64,000 bases of DNA from Anaeromyxobacter sp. (lineage in GTDB: Bacteria > Myxococcota > Myxococcia > Myxococcales > Anaeromyxobacteraceae), in assembly GCA_049840735.1 (NCBI GenBank), contig JASGJN010000020.1:800001-864000 (forward strand), in the 5' to 3' direction. Made by a program: the position numbers and the translations under genes. Under the pieces are notes generated by a model that worked only from the letters and a program-made list of their open reading frames with translations, was not told where the DNA came from and searched no databases. Below are positions 1-9,223 of the stretch, one piece after another. Within the stretch, counting starts at the first letter, position 1. Every line of letters starts with the position of its first letter.

Positions 1-465
1 GCGCGCACGTCTTCCGCGACTCGGGAACTGGTGGGTCGCCCACGAAGAGTACGCTAAGGCGAGTCGGATCGAGGGGCGCCCGGACAGCTGGCGGTTGGTC
101 CTCCGCCGTGAGCACCACTTCCGGACGCCAGAGGAGTGCCATGCTGGCAGCGAAGAACGAGGACACGACGCTCGCGAGACACCACGCCACGCCTCCCAGC
201 CCGGCCAGGTTTGCCAGGACGTCGACGGCGGTGGTCCTCGGCGGAACCGGCATGCCTTCTGGGCCCAGCAACAAGCATGCCCCTCGCGCCTTGACCACAT
301 CCTCCCGACAGGACGGGAGTTCCGGGAATGTCCTGCGGCGCCATCTTCATCGGCTCGTGACAGGATGGCATTGCCCTCCCGTTGTCGTTCGCGGTCCCTG
401 TCAACTTGGCACGCCCCCTGCCCCGTCACTGGTGTAGCCGTTCTCGCGGCCAAGGAGGTTGGGAC

Positions 466-612
466 GCCCTCTACCTGACGGTGAACCCGGCACCGGCCGC
501 CCCTACGCCCGACATCCAGGGCGCCGTGGAGCGGGCCGCGGCCGGGCTGGACGGCCTCCGGGGCCACGACGTCCGGCGCTCCTTCGTCACCCTGGCGCGG
601 CGCAGCGGTCGA
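466..612 (+). pseudogene. Tyrosine recombinase/integrase remnant
   Basis: Translates to ...ERAAAGLDGLRGHDVRRSFVTLARRSG, matching the H-D-L-R-R-S/T-F catalytic box; no start and no downstream catalytic Tyr region. Confidence 0.55.
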
Positions 613-687
613 GCCTGCCGAGCGTACGCTTCTGAACCTTCGGGCAGGGCATCCCTCCAGCGTGGAGGGGGACACGCCGGCAGACGC

Positions 688-1192
688 TCACTTCATCTCT
701 TGGCCCTTCTCTGCAACGAAGTCCGCTACCCACCTTGCCATCGCCCGCACGTCGATGGCGCGGCCATCCTCGACGCGCTTCGAGAATCATGGTGAGCGCG
801 TTGAGGTGGAGGCTCGTTTCGCGGAACCGCAGCGTGGGGTCGGCACCGTACTTGTCGGTCACCTCCCACCAGCTCAGCCCGTCGACCGACGCCGCCAGGG
901 CATCCCCGAACACGATCCCGAGCGACTGAAGCTCCCACGTCGCGCTCGCCGGGATGACCTTGGCATCCACGATCTTCTGGAGCAAGTCGAAGTCCCGGGG
1001 GGTGCGCGTGATCCGTTCGCCAGGGAATTGTTCGGCGACGACGCGCGCAACGAAGGAGCGCTGCGTGTCCATGCTGGCGATCAGCTCGGGAGGCAGCGTA
1101 CGGAAAGTCGTGTCCACCGAAGAAGCCCCCTTGGCTTTACCGAAGGAAATGCCCATCGCAATGCACGCCAGCAACGCGAGCCGAGAAGTCAT
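688..1192 (-). CDS. DUF3806-like protein with signal peptide (one +1 frameshift at ~786)
   Basis: DFDLLQKIVD...WELQSLGIVFGDAL...WWEVTDKYGADPTLR...LNALTMI; deleting one base at GAATC 784-788 continues as SKRVEDG to TGA at 688. Confidence 0.7.
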
Positions 1193-1275
1193 TCCGAACC
1201 CCTCAGACAACATAGCGCGGGTCTGGTCGGTCCGGGGTAGCACTGAGTCTTGCCGGCGCCTTCGCCTGCGTTCCG

Positions 1276-1329
1276 GGCGACGAGCCCGAAGGTCCACCGT
1301 CCAAAAGTCCCGTTCAGCGATCCGCCCGG
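1276..1329. repeat. ~54-bp imperfect direct repeat, copy 1
   Basis: ggcgacgagcccgaaggtccaccgtccaaaagtcccgttcagcgatccgcccgg; 47/54 identical to 2662-2715. Confidence 0.85.
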
Positions 1330-1361
1330 TGGAGCAGGAAGGGGCTCATCGCGCACCGCCG

Positions 1362-1733
1362 TCAGAAGTACCGCCCCCGCGAGATGATGAAGTCGATCTC
1401 CCCGTACTGCTCCAGCCACTGAAAGCCGTCCTCCGTCGAGCCGTCCATGAACGGTTCCAGGAACCCGAGCACATGGTCGAGCGTACCCTCGGTGAGCTGC
1501 CACGTGAAGGCATTCGGCCCAGTGCACCGGATCCCGGTTCCGCCGCCCCGCTGCACACGCACCCTACACGCATCGACGGCTTCCACTCCCGGGAGCGCCG
1601 AGAGTTCCACGCCCTCCTCCGTGAGCGTGGTGAGCGTCGCCGCTAGGGCGCGAACAACCTCGGCCTCGCTGCCGTAGAGCAGCAGCGTTGGGTTCCGGTC
1701 GGGACCTGCCTCTCCCATGAACTCCAGCTTCAT
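1362..1733 (-). CDS. Hypothetical protein (~123 aa)
   Basis: ATG at 1733 preceded by GGAGG; globular acidic sequence MKLEFMGEAGPDRNPTLLLYG...FQWLEQYGEIDFIISRGRYF. Confidence 0.65.
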   Translation of the reverse strand: MKLEFMGEAGPDRNPTLLLYGSEAEVVRALAATLTTLTEEGVELSALPGVEAVDACRVRVQRGGGTGIRCTGPNAFTWQLTEGTLDHVLGFLEPFMDGSTEDGFQWLEQYGEIDFIISRGRYF

Positions 1734-1838
1734 CCGTACCTCCACCTCGACCATGGCTCAACGTTGCAGCGCAACTCCGGTGACGATTCTCACGGTCCAG
1801 CTCCCACCGGCGTCACAACCCGCGGAAGGCCGGGGAAC

Positions 1839-2531
1839 CTACTGCGGCGACCGGATCGCGATCTTCACGGCTTCGATCTCGAGAACGTCGCCGCTCTGAA
1901 GCTCGATCTCGATCCGGCTCGCTTCGCTACCGGCGTGGATGGGGCGCGGGCCGCGCACCTCGTTCACGTATGCGCTCCCTCCCCCACCCCAGGGCTCGCG
2001 CCGGGGAGCCTTCACCAACAAGACGCCCTCTGCTGCGATGCTCACCCTTCCCGCCGCCGTCCTGAACCAGACGAGCGCTGTTCCAGCCGCAAGGTCGAGG
2101 TGCAGTTCCTCGATCACCGCGTCGTGGAGATCAGGCCCTGGCCGCCTCCATCTTGCCTGGGCAGCAGCGACCAGCTGCCGGTCTTCATCGTCGCCAGCTG
2201 ACTGCGCCAAGGCCTCTGCTCGCCGCAGGCAATCATGGGCCTCGTCGATGCGGCCAAGACGGAAGTAGACGTCAGCCAGCGCAACAAGCGTGAATGGCTC
2301 CGGACCTTCGGTGGCAATCGCCTCGTCGTAGTAGCTCGCCGCCCTCAAGAGGTTCCCGTCCTGCTCGCAGAGAAGCCCCGCGGTCTTGCCCAGCAGGGAG
2401 GTGTTTGCTGGCCTGGACGCGCTCGAACGAGTGCGCGCCAACGCTGCCTCCAGGCAAGCGACGGCTTCCCCCACCCTGCCCGCCCGAGCCAATTCAGAAG
2501 CGGCTCGAAGCGGACTGCTCTCATCTTCCAT
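1839..2531 (-). CDS. TPR-repeat protein fused to a small immunity-protein-like domain
   Basis: N-terminal TPR-like helices (EAVACLEAAL; LADVYFRLGRIDEAHDCLRRA); C-terminal LHDA...PRREPWG...VNEV...IELQSGDVLEIEA. Confidence 0.65.
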   Translation of the reverse strand: MEDESSPLRAASELARAGRVGEAVACLEAALARTRSSASRPANTSLLGKTAGLLCEQDGNLLRAASYYDEAIATEGPEPFTLVALADVYFRLGRIDEAHDCLRRAEALAQSAGDDEDRQLVAAAQARWRRPGPDLHDAVIEELHLDLAAGTALVWFRTAAGRVSIAAEGVLLVKAPRREPWGGGGSAYVNEVRGPRPIHAGSEASRIEIELQSGDVLEIEAVKIAIRSPQ

Positions 2532-2661
2532 GGCCGAGTCCCCGCCTCGAAATCCGCGCGCAACCGTCAGCGTACCAGTGGGACCAACCTCCGCGCAGAC
2601 CCGAGGCGGCTCGCATGATAGCGCGGCCGGAGCGGATCAAGCCGCGGACCAGCATGCCCTC

Positions 2662-2715
2662 GGCGACGAGCTCGAAGGTCCACCGTCTAGGAGTCCCATT
2701 CAACGATCCGCCGGG
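2662..2715. repeat. ~54-bp imperfect direct repeat, copy 2
   Basis: ggcgacgagctcgaaggtccaccgtctaggagtcccattcaacgatccgccggg; matches 1276-1329. Confidence 0.85.
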
Positions 2716-3483
2716 GGGGGCAGAAGGAGGCGGGGGAACCGGGAGGGCACCGCGCGCCGCCGCGATGGCGATGGACTGTGCCATTCGACTCATGCTCCGC
2801 CAAGCTGGACCAGCCGCGGCGCGGGGTGCGGCAGCGCGGTCGGGGGTTCTTGCCCTGCTCGCCCCCGACGCCACGGCACCCCTGCATCAAAGAAGAAGGC
2901 AGGCCGCGGGTGGTCGAAGCGCCTGCTGCATCACCTTCTGCGGAACGAGCGCTACATCGGGCGGGTGATCTGGAACCGGCGCGAGTGGGTCAAGGTGAAC
3001 GACAGCAGGCGGCGCCCTCTCATCCGGGCCCGGGAGGAGTGGCATGTCCGCGATGAGCCGGCGCTGGCCATCATCGACGCCTCGACCTGGGCCAGAAACA
3101 GCGGCCTCGCGCAAGGGCCGCAGAGCAGACCGGGGAGATTCGAGCGGCTGGAGCGGCCAGGTCCATCCAGGCCCGGATCGATAAGATCACCGAGGCGCTC
3201 GCGGGGATCGGCTACTCCGAGCCGCTGGAGGCGAAGCTGAGATCCGAGGAGGCGCGCCTGCTGGACGCACGTCAGGCGCTGGCCGCCGCGAGCAGGCCCG
3301 TCGCCGCCCCTGCCGTACCCCTGGCGTACTCCAGCAGCGCCGTCCTGGCCCTGCTGGCGAACGCCGGGGCCGCGGTGGCCTCCCGCCCCCAGAAGGCCAG
3401 GGCGCTGCGCCAGGGCGTCGTCGAGGGCATCCTGATGCAGCCCACGCCCGACGGGTATGCGGTGCGCGTGAGCCTGAAAAAGC

Positions 3484-3517
3484 TCGACCCCTCGGCTCAA
3501 GAGAGCGGAGGGGTCGA
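3484..3517 (-). terminator. Intrinsic terminator-like hairpin downstream of a tRNA 3'-end copy
   Basis: tcgacccctc...gaggggtcga 10-bp stem; on the minus strand followed by gcTTTTT. Confidence 0.6.
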
Positions 3518-3529
3518 TGACTACCAGAC

Positions 3530-3578
3530 TGGTTGCGGGGGCGCGCTCGTGACCTTGTCTGCTCCCCTGCTCTTCATG
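3530..3578. repeat. att junction: tRNA-fMet 3'-end core plus P' arm, copy 1
   Basis: tggttgcgggggc identical to 26441-26453, then gcgctcgtgaccttgtctgctcccctgctcttcatg similar to 7986-8021. Confidence 0.85.
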
Positions 3579-3707
3579 ACTCACAGGTGAGGCGGTCAGA
3601 AACGTCCGTATTCTTGCATACCTACCGACGCTTCGCGCCTCGCCACGGGCCCTAATCCGTTCGAGCCCCTGGGCGCCCCTCATTCCCGCGCCCCCGAGCG
3701 TTGGCGA

Positions 3708-3745
3708 TGTTACTATTTGTCTCCTGATACAGTCACCAGGCGACA
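3708..3745 (+). promoter_or_regulatory. Probable abiE promoter (extended -10) and inverted-repeat operator
   Basis: TGtTACTAT at 3708-3716 followed by tgtctcctg-N10-caggcgaca (3718-3745) just before the ATG; AbiEi proteins are known to autorepress via promoter inverted repeats. Confidence 0.55.
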
Positions 3746-3754
3746 TTCCGAACC

Positions 3755-4393
3755 ATGGCATCGACCTCCAAGCTCGACGCACTCCTCCGGCTCGCCCGTG
3801 CCGGGCCACTCCGTGCGCGCGACCTGGAGGGGGCCGGAATCCCCAGGACATACCTGCGGCGCCTCACCGACCGCGGCCTCCTCGAGCAGCTCGACCGGGG
3901 TCTCTATGGGCTGCCCGACGCTCCGGTGACCGAGCTTCACTCCGTCGCCCAGGTGGCGAAGCGCATCCCGCACGCGACCGTCGCTCTCCTCAGCGCGCTC
4001 CAGATCCACGGCCTCACCAGTGAGGCGCCGCACGCAGTCTGGCTCCTGATCGATCGGGGTGCGCGGACCCCACGGGTCGGCCAGCCCAGGCTCGAAGTCG
4101 TCAGGGCGAGCGGCGCGGCGCGCACACATGGCATCGAGCGCCACGTGATCGAAGGGGTGAATGTGGGTATCACCACGCCGGCGAAGACAGTCGCGGACTG
4201 CTTCAGGTACCGGCGCCACGTCGGGCTCGAGGTCGCGCTCGCGGCCCTCCGGGCGTACCTGGGTCGGCCCAAGGCCACTCGGCCGGAGCGCTCCCGGCTG
4301 CAGCGAGGCTCCCCCATCGACGCCCTCATCGAGGCGGCGAAGGCCGACCGCATCTACTCCGTGCTCCGTCCCTACCTGGAGGCGCTCGCATGA
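3755..4393 (+). CDS. abiEi: Type IV TA antitoxin, AbiEi family
   Basis: N-terminal wHTH (RARDLEGAGIPRTYLRRL...LDRGLY), LLSALQIHGLT, TTPAKTVADCFRYR; ATGA overlap with the toxin gene. Confidence 0.9.
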   Translation: MASTSKLDALLRLARAGPLRARDLEGAGIPRTYLRRLTDRGLLEQLDRGLYGLPDAPVTELHSVAQVAKRIPHATVALLSALQIHGLTSEAPHAVWLLIDRGARTPRVGQPRLEVVRASGAARTHGIERHVIEGVNVGITTPAKTVADCFRYRRHVGLEVALAALRAYLGRPKATRPERSRLQRGSPIDALIEAAKADRIYSVLRPYLEALA

Positions 4394-5310
4394 AGCGGGA
4401 GGGTCCGAACGTTGGCGCGCGCGCCCGCGTCCAGCTGCTGCGGCTGGCGAAGGAGCGCGGGGAGGACTTCCAGCTGGTCCTCTTGCGCTACGCACACGAG
4501 CGCCTGATGTATCGCCTTGCAGCCTCCCGGCACGCAGCTGCGTTCGTTCTCAAGGGAGCTGCGCTCTTCACCGTCTGGACCGGGCATCCGCACCGGGCCA
4601 CCCGTGACCTCGACCTGCTCGGCTTCGGTGATCCCTCGCAGGAGCGGCTGCGGGCTACCTTCGTCGAGGTCGCCCATCTTCCCGTTCCCGACGACGGGGT
4701 GGAATTCGACGGAGCAGGGATCGAGGTGGGGCCCATCCGCGAGGGCGAGGAGTACGGCGGCGTCCGCGTGCACCTGGTCGCGCGCATCGTCACGGCCGTC
4801 ATCCGCCTCCAGATCGACGTCGGCTTCGGGGACGCGATCACCCCTGCCGCCGTCGAGCTCGACTTCCCTCCCCTCCTCGACTTCCCAGCCCCTCGACTGC
4901 GGGCCTATCCCCGGGAAACCGTCGTCGCCGAGAAGCTCGAGGCGATGGTGAAGCTCGGCCTCGCGAACAGCCGCCTGAAGGACTTCTACGACCTCGCGGA
5001 GCTCTCTCGACTGTTCCCCTTCGACGGCGCGCTGCTAGCCGCGGCCATCCGCGCCACGTTCGAGCGGCGCGGGACCGAGCTCCCGCGAGGTCTACCCGTA
5101 GCGCTCACCTCGGCTTTCGCGGAGGACCCGCAGAAGCAGGAGCAGTGGCGCGGCTTCGTGAGGAAGGCGGGCGTCCAGGATGCCCCCAGCCTTGGCTCGA
5201 CAGTCGCGCTTGTAGCCGCGTTTGCCGGTCCAGCGCTCGCCGCTGGCGAGGGTACTACTCGATGGGCGGCGAGCTGGCCACCGGGCGGTCCGTGGATCCC
5301 GGTTCGCTAG
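4390..5310 (+). CDS. abiEii: Type IV TA toxin, AbiEii nucleotidyltransferase
   Basis: FVLKGAAL, RATRDLDLLG, LQIDVGFGD, ETVVAEKLEA, NSRLKDFYDL motifs. Confidence 0.9.
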   Translation: MKREGPNVGARARVQLLRLAKERGEDFQLVLLRYAHERLMYRLAASRHAAAFVLKGAALFTVWTGHPHRATRDLDLLGFGDPSQERLRATFVEVAHLPVPDDGVEFDGAGIEVGPIREGEEYGGVRVHLVARIVTAVIRLQIDVGFGDAITPAAVELDFPPLLDFPAPRLRAYPRETVVAEKLEAMVKLGLANSRLKDFYDLAELSRLFPFDGALLAAAIRATFERRGTELPRGLPVALTSAFAEDPQKQEQWRGFVRKAGVQDAPSLGSTVALVAAFAGPALAAGEGTTRWAASWPPGGPWIPVR

Positions 5311-5382
5311 GTCCCAAGGCGTGGTCACGGGCAAGGCCACCACGCGCAAGGAGAGCTTGTCGCGTACGGTGCACAGCCACCC

Positions 5383-6216
5383 TCACCTGCTCCGGCGCGC
5401 TGGGCGGCGCTCCTCGGCGAGCGCCAAGAGGCCAGCCACCGTGCGCTGCCCTGCCTTGGCCCTGGGACGGCTGCGCGCCTGGAAGTTCCGGAGCAGTACT
5501 GCCCCAAGCGCCAGGCTGGGGTCGTCGGCCGCGCGCCGAAGCCAGGCGTCCTTGGTCTTCGCCGGCATCGCGCCCACCCACCGGCGGAAGGCCGCACGAT
5601 CGTGGTGCGTTTCCGCGCTGCGCGTCGCCGCGGCCGCCAGGAGACAGGCATCGATCCGCAGGAGCGATGCCATCGCCTCCTGGGCCGCCGTGAGCGAGCC
5701 AAGCCCCGCCGGCACAGACGGCTCTACGGCGTCGCCGTCCAGCTCACCTTCCTGGACTGCCAGCAGCCACGCCAGGTACGCCGGGCGGAGATCGCCCGCC
5801 ATCAGCTCCGCGCGCGCTCCGGACAGGACCGCAAGCTGGGCGTCCTCGTCGTCCTCGAACTCGGGGGGCTCATCCTCGCCGCTCACCAGGTCGATCACGA
5901 GGTGTCCGACGCGCGCAGTGAGCTGCGCCGCCCGGGAACCCGGGAAGTAAGGGGCGAGCACGGCACGCTTCACGCGCGCCGCCGGGAGGCGCAGCATCAG
6001 CCGGTGGGTGCCCCAGTTCGCGAAGTACAGGTGGGCGTCGAAGTACCGCTCCAGCAACTTCGCCGGATCCGCCTTGAGGTCGCCCCAGTGGTACTCGTTC
6101 CAGAAGCGCGTCGGGGTGATGGTGGCACGGCTCGAGATGCGACGCAGGGCCGTCATCTGCCGCCCGGTCAGCGGGCGGTCCAGCGCGACGAACTCGTACC
6201 ACTGGTACTCGCTCAT
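5383..6216 (-). CDS. Conserved hypothetical protein (MSEYQWYEF family), possibly C-terminally truncated
   Basis: GGAGG RBS; MSEYQWYEFVALDRPLT...SSRATITPTRFWNEYHWGDLK...YFDAHLYFANWGTHRLMLRLP. Confidence 0.75.
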   Translation of the reverse strand: MSEYQWYEFVALDRPLTGRQMTALRRISSRATITPTRFWNEYHWGDLKADPAKLLERYFDAHLYFANWGTHRLMLRLPAARVKRAVLAPYFPGSRAAQLTARVGHLVIDLVSGEDEPPEFEDDEDAQLAVLSGARAELMAGDLRPAYLAWLLAVQEGELDGDAVEPSVPAGLGSLTAAQEAMASLLRIDACLLAAAATRSAETHHDRAAFRRWVGAMPAKTKDAWLRRAADDPSLALGAVLLRNFQARSRPRAKAGQRTVAGLLALAEERRPARRSR

Positions 6217-6324
6217 GATTTCCTCCTGGCTCGGCGCGGCTCAGGCTGCGCTACGTCCGGCGCCCCGCCTTGACAGCGGACGTTGTGTGCGCTCTAGGTC
6301 TCGCACACTACACGGAGCACGTCC

Positions 6325-7740
6325 ATGCCGTTCATCCGACGCCGCGGAAACCAGCTCGTGCTCGCCCACGGGGAACGCGAACCAGGGACAGGCAAGGTCC
6401 AGCAGCGGATCCTGTTCACGCTCTACTCACGTCCCGAGGCGCTCGCTGCCATCGGCCGCACGGATCCCCATGCCCGACACCAGTTCCGCGGCCTCATCGA
6501 GGATGCCTACCCGAAGCTCCGCTTCGACTGGAAGGCTATCGAGGGCGCCATCGCCTCCCACCTCGAGGCCCTGCCGGAGTCGGTACCGAGTACCGGACGA
6601 CCCGGCTGCTCTCCCGCTTCCGAGCCGACCTGTGCGCCTTCGCGCGTCAGCTCATCGTGGCCGAGCCACACTCGCTCCTCTCCGCGAGCCAGGTCATCGA
6701 CGAACACCGGCGGGAGCTCCATCTCATCGTGAAGCTCATCCAGGACCGGCTGCAAACGCGGCCTCCCGAGCCCAACGCCTACAACCAAGACAACCCCTGG
6801 TTCTGGCGAGCGGCGTTCCGGGGCCACGACGTTCCGGCGGATATCGAGGAGCGTGCGGCCACGCATTACGAGCGTCACGAGTTCGACGACGCCGAAACAA
6901 TCTTCCGGCTGCTGGTGGACGCGTTCGACGACTACGCCGAAGGCCACAACTATTTGGGATTGATCGCATACCAGCGCTCACGGCTCGCCGATGCCGTCGG
7001 ACACTTCCGGAAGACCGTCGAGATCGGCCGCCGGCTCTTCCCGAAGCGCGTGGCCAGATCCAGCTGGTGGACCAACCTGTCCACGCGCCCCTACATGCGC
7101 GGCCTGGGCAACCTTGCGCTGGCGCTCAACGAGAGCGGCGCCTTCGCCGAGGCCCTTGAGATATGCCGGCGACTGGAAGACGAGTGCGATGACCCAATCA
7201 CCGCCAACGCCCACCGGGCCTCCGTCTGCATGAACGCGAGCCGGTGGGCTGACGCGGCGAAGGCTGCACTCCACAATCGCAACGTCAATCCGACTGAGAG
7301 TCTGGTCGCGGGCCTTGCCCAGTTCGAGCGGGGCCAGCGCGAGGACGCGATCGTCTCCCCTCCTGCACGGCGCACTGAACAGCCCTCGCGCAGCCCAGAT
7401 GCTTGCAGGTCGGCGCACCCCGTCGCCGGAGAGTTCACTGGAGGGCCGTGACCACAACAGCGGGGTCCACCTGCGCCGCACCTTGCAGTTCTACCTGGCT
7501 GCGCGACGACGGCCCGCCCTCCGCTACCTTGCAGCGCTTCTCGATGCCCCGCAGGTCTCGGCCCTCGTCGACGAAAAGCAGGAGGCCGCGCGCCGGTGGT
7601 CCTCCTCGGGGCGGGAGGGCAAGCGGTCGGATTTCGACCGAGTGGCGGAGATGCAGACGCTCGAGTTCGCCAAAGCTCAGGCCCGGGGCCTTCCACCGAG
7701 CATCGGGGCCAGGTTCACATCCCTCCGCTCGGGAGTATGA
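6325..7740 (+). CDS. TPR-containing protein (~470 aa) split by two frameshifts (~6580, ~7357)
   Basis: Three consecutive protein-like frames: MPFIRRRGNQLVL..., YRTTRLLSRF...YAEGHNYLGLIAY...RPYMRGLGNLALAL, LLHGALNSPRAAQML...; GGAG RBS; TTGACA at 6270. Confidence 0.7.
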
Positions 7741-7937
7741 CTGGACACGCCACTCACATTACTCCCGCGAAGAGCGGCCATTGCCACACCTGCGCCCTCG
7801 CGCCCGGTGCAGCGCTGCCCGCCAGACTCCCTCGGCTCGACAACATTCATGAGCGTCGTCGACTCCAGGGATGGCGTCGTGACCACGTCAGCCCGCGTCA
7901 AGTTGGGAGCCGCAACGACCATCCTCCAGAAATCAGA

Positions 7938-7967
7938 AACCCCGACCGCCTCGCGGCAATCGGGGTT
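7938..7967 (-). terminator. Intrinsic terminator-like hairpin downstream of a tRNA 3'-end copy
   Basis: aaccccga...tcggggtt stem; minus strand continues T-rich (tctgatttct). Confidence 0.6.
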
Positions 7968-7970
7968 CCA

Positions 7971-8021
7971 GTTGGTTGCGGGGGCGCGCTGGTGAGGTTG
8001 TCTGCGCCGCTCAGCTTCATG
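7971..8021. repeat. att junction (left boundary of the youngest island): core plus P' arm, copy 2
   Basis: gttggttgcgggggc (15 bp) identical to 26439-26453, then gcgctggtgaggttgtctgcgccgctcagcttcatg. Confidence 0.9.
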
Positions 8022-8464
8022 CTGTGATCATCCACTGCGCCCTCTCACGATCACTTCCCCCGTCGGGGTCGACGGCGCCTCCTGGTCGTGGAGTCAGTTC
8101 GTGAGAGACGAAAACGAAGTGACGGGCGGGCGGTCACGTCATGTCGACGTGACCGCCTCTCGGGGAACGCGGCGAGTCAGGCGCGCGTTTTGGTCGTCCT
8201 GGACAGGCTTCGGGCAATCGCAGGTGCGGCCCCGCACGGCCGGCGATGTCCGCCGCTTGCGTTTGGCGTTTGTCGCGTAGCGTTCTCGTGGCACTTCGTT
8301 GTCCGTAGACCTACAGTCTCGTGGGATGCGCCGCACTCGAGCAGCCTCTGACGATGCACCGATCAGCTTCATGAGGTCCCCGCCCACAACGTCCCCACCC
8401 AGGCTAGCCGCCAGTTCGTGTCGTCGATTCTGGTAATGGCGGTTCGATATTGAGTTCGGCCGGC

Positions 8465-9223
8465 TCAAGGCCCCACCCCACTCGATGGCGCGCTCACGAC
8501 TAGGCGTCGGAACGCTTCTGTGACTCGGGCCTGAGCTTCTGCTGCTGACTCGTTCCAGATGCCCGCTAACACTGGAACGATCTGCGCAGTCTCCAAGGGA
8601 ACACAGGGCGACCGCGAACGGCGCCGAAGGGTCCATCCGACTCGGGCAGCAGCCGGTCCCTCGGCATCGCTGCCACCGCAGCACGGCCTCTCGCAGACGA
8701 AAGCATCGAGGGGTTCACCGAAAACCAGCAGCCCATCTCGGCGGCACGAGCAGATCTGCCGGTCAGTTCCCAGATACCAGTGAAGTACGAACTTGCCTGC
8801 GGATGGCTCTTCCTGGAGGACATCGAGGATCCCTCCAGCTGCGCCACGGCTATGCAACGAAACGATCCGCCCTCCGGCTGTTCGGCAGAGGCGCAGGATG
8901 TGCCTGAGAACGTCTTGCTGGCGCCCGAGATGCTGGCGATGCAGAGGGGATCCATCTAGCCCCACTTCTCCGACGTAGGCAGTCTTCACCAGTAATGCTT
9001 CAAACCGCGAGAGCTCGTGCTCGTGCGTCGCCACAAGTTCTGGGTGAAGGCCGACCGCGGTGCGGATCCGGCTCGCCGAAGGTACGAGCTGCGAAGTTCC
9101 GTGGAACGCAGAAGGAACTGTCGTGACCGACAGAACGTAGATGCGACGTGCAACGCACTCCCGCACGACCCACGCCGCGTCAGGGTAGAGATCGAGATGG
9201 CAGTGCAGGTCTACTACAACCAC
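8465..9223 (-). CDS. qatD: QatD, TatD-family nuclease of the Qat anti-phage system (two compensating indels at ~8752 and ~8594)
   Basis: DLHCHLDLYPD, TAVGLHPEL, VGEVGLDGS, SLHSRGA, VLHWY; middle segment GCWFSVNPSML...LLPESDGPF lies in an alternate frame. Confidence 0.9.
   Translation of the reverse strand: MVVVDLHCHLDLYPDAAWVVRECVARRIYVLSVTTVPSAFHGTSQLVPSASRIRTAVGLHPELVATHEHELSRFEALLVKTAYVGEVGLDGSPLHRQHLGRQQDVLRHILRLCRTAGGRIVSLHSRGAAGGILDVLQEEPSAGKFVLHWYLGTDRQICSCRRDGLLVFGEPLDAFVCERPCCGGSDAEGPAAARVGWTLRRRSRSPCVPLETAQIVPVLAGIWNESAAEAQARVTEAFRRLVVSAPSSGVGP

Larger units (their letters stand above)
1..3542. mobile_element. Right part of the oldest, decayed island in a tandem array at tRNA-fMet (left end outside window)
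   Basis: Ends in a serine recombinase pseudogene running into the tRNA-end core TGGTTGCGGGGGC (3530-3542); also holds a tyrosine integrase remnant and small accessory genes. Confidence 0.65.
2860..3590 (+). pseudogene. Large serine recombinase pseudogene (catalytic domain and Zn ribbon missing)
   Basis: GRGWSKRLLHHLLRNERYIGRVIWNRREW...ALAIID and IDKITEALAGIGYSEPLEAKLRSEEARL align with the intact recombinase at 24795-26462; frameshifted; ends ...GCGGALVTLSAPLLFMTHR. Confidence 0.85.
3530..7985. mobile_element. Middle island remnant (AbiE TA, hypothetical, TPR protein); own recombinase largely deleted
   Basis: Bounded by two att-core copies (3530, 7973); only a short recombinase-tail-like frame (...SETPTASRQSGFQLVAGARW) remains at ~7850-7995. 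Confidence 0.65.

Noticed and set aside
3755..5310. AbiE pair as a novel system
   Set aside because: Canonical, well-described type IV toxin-antitoxin module
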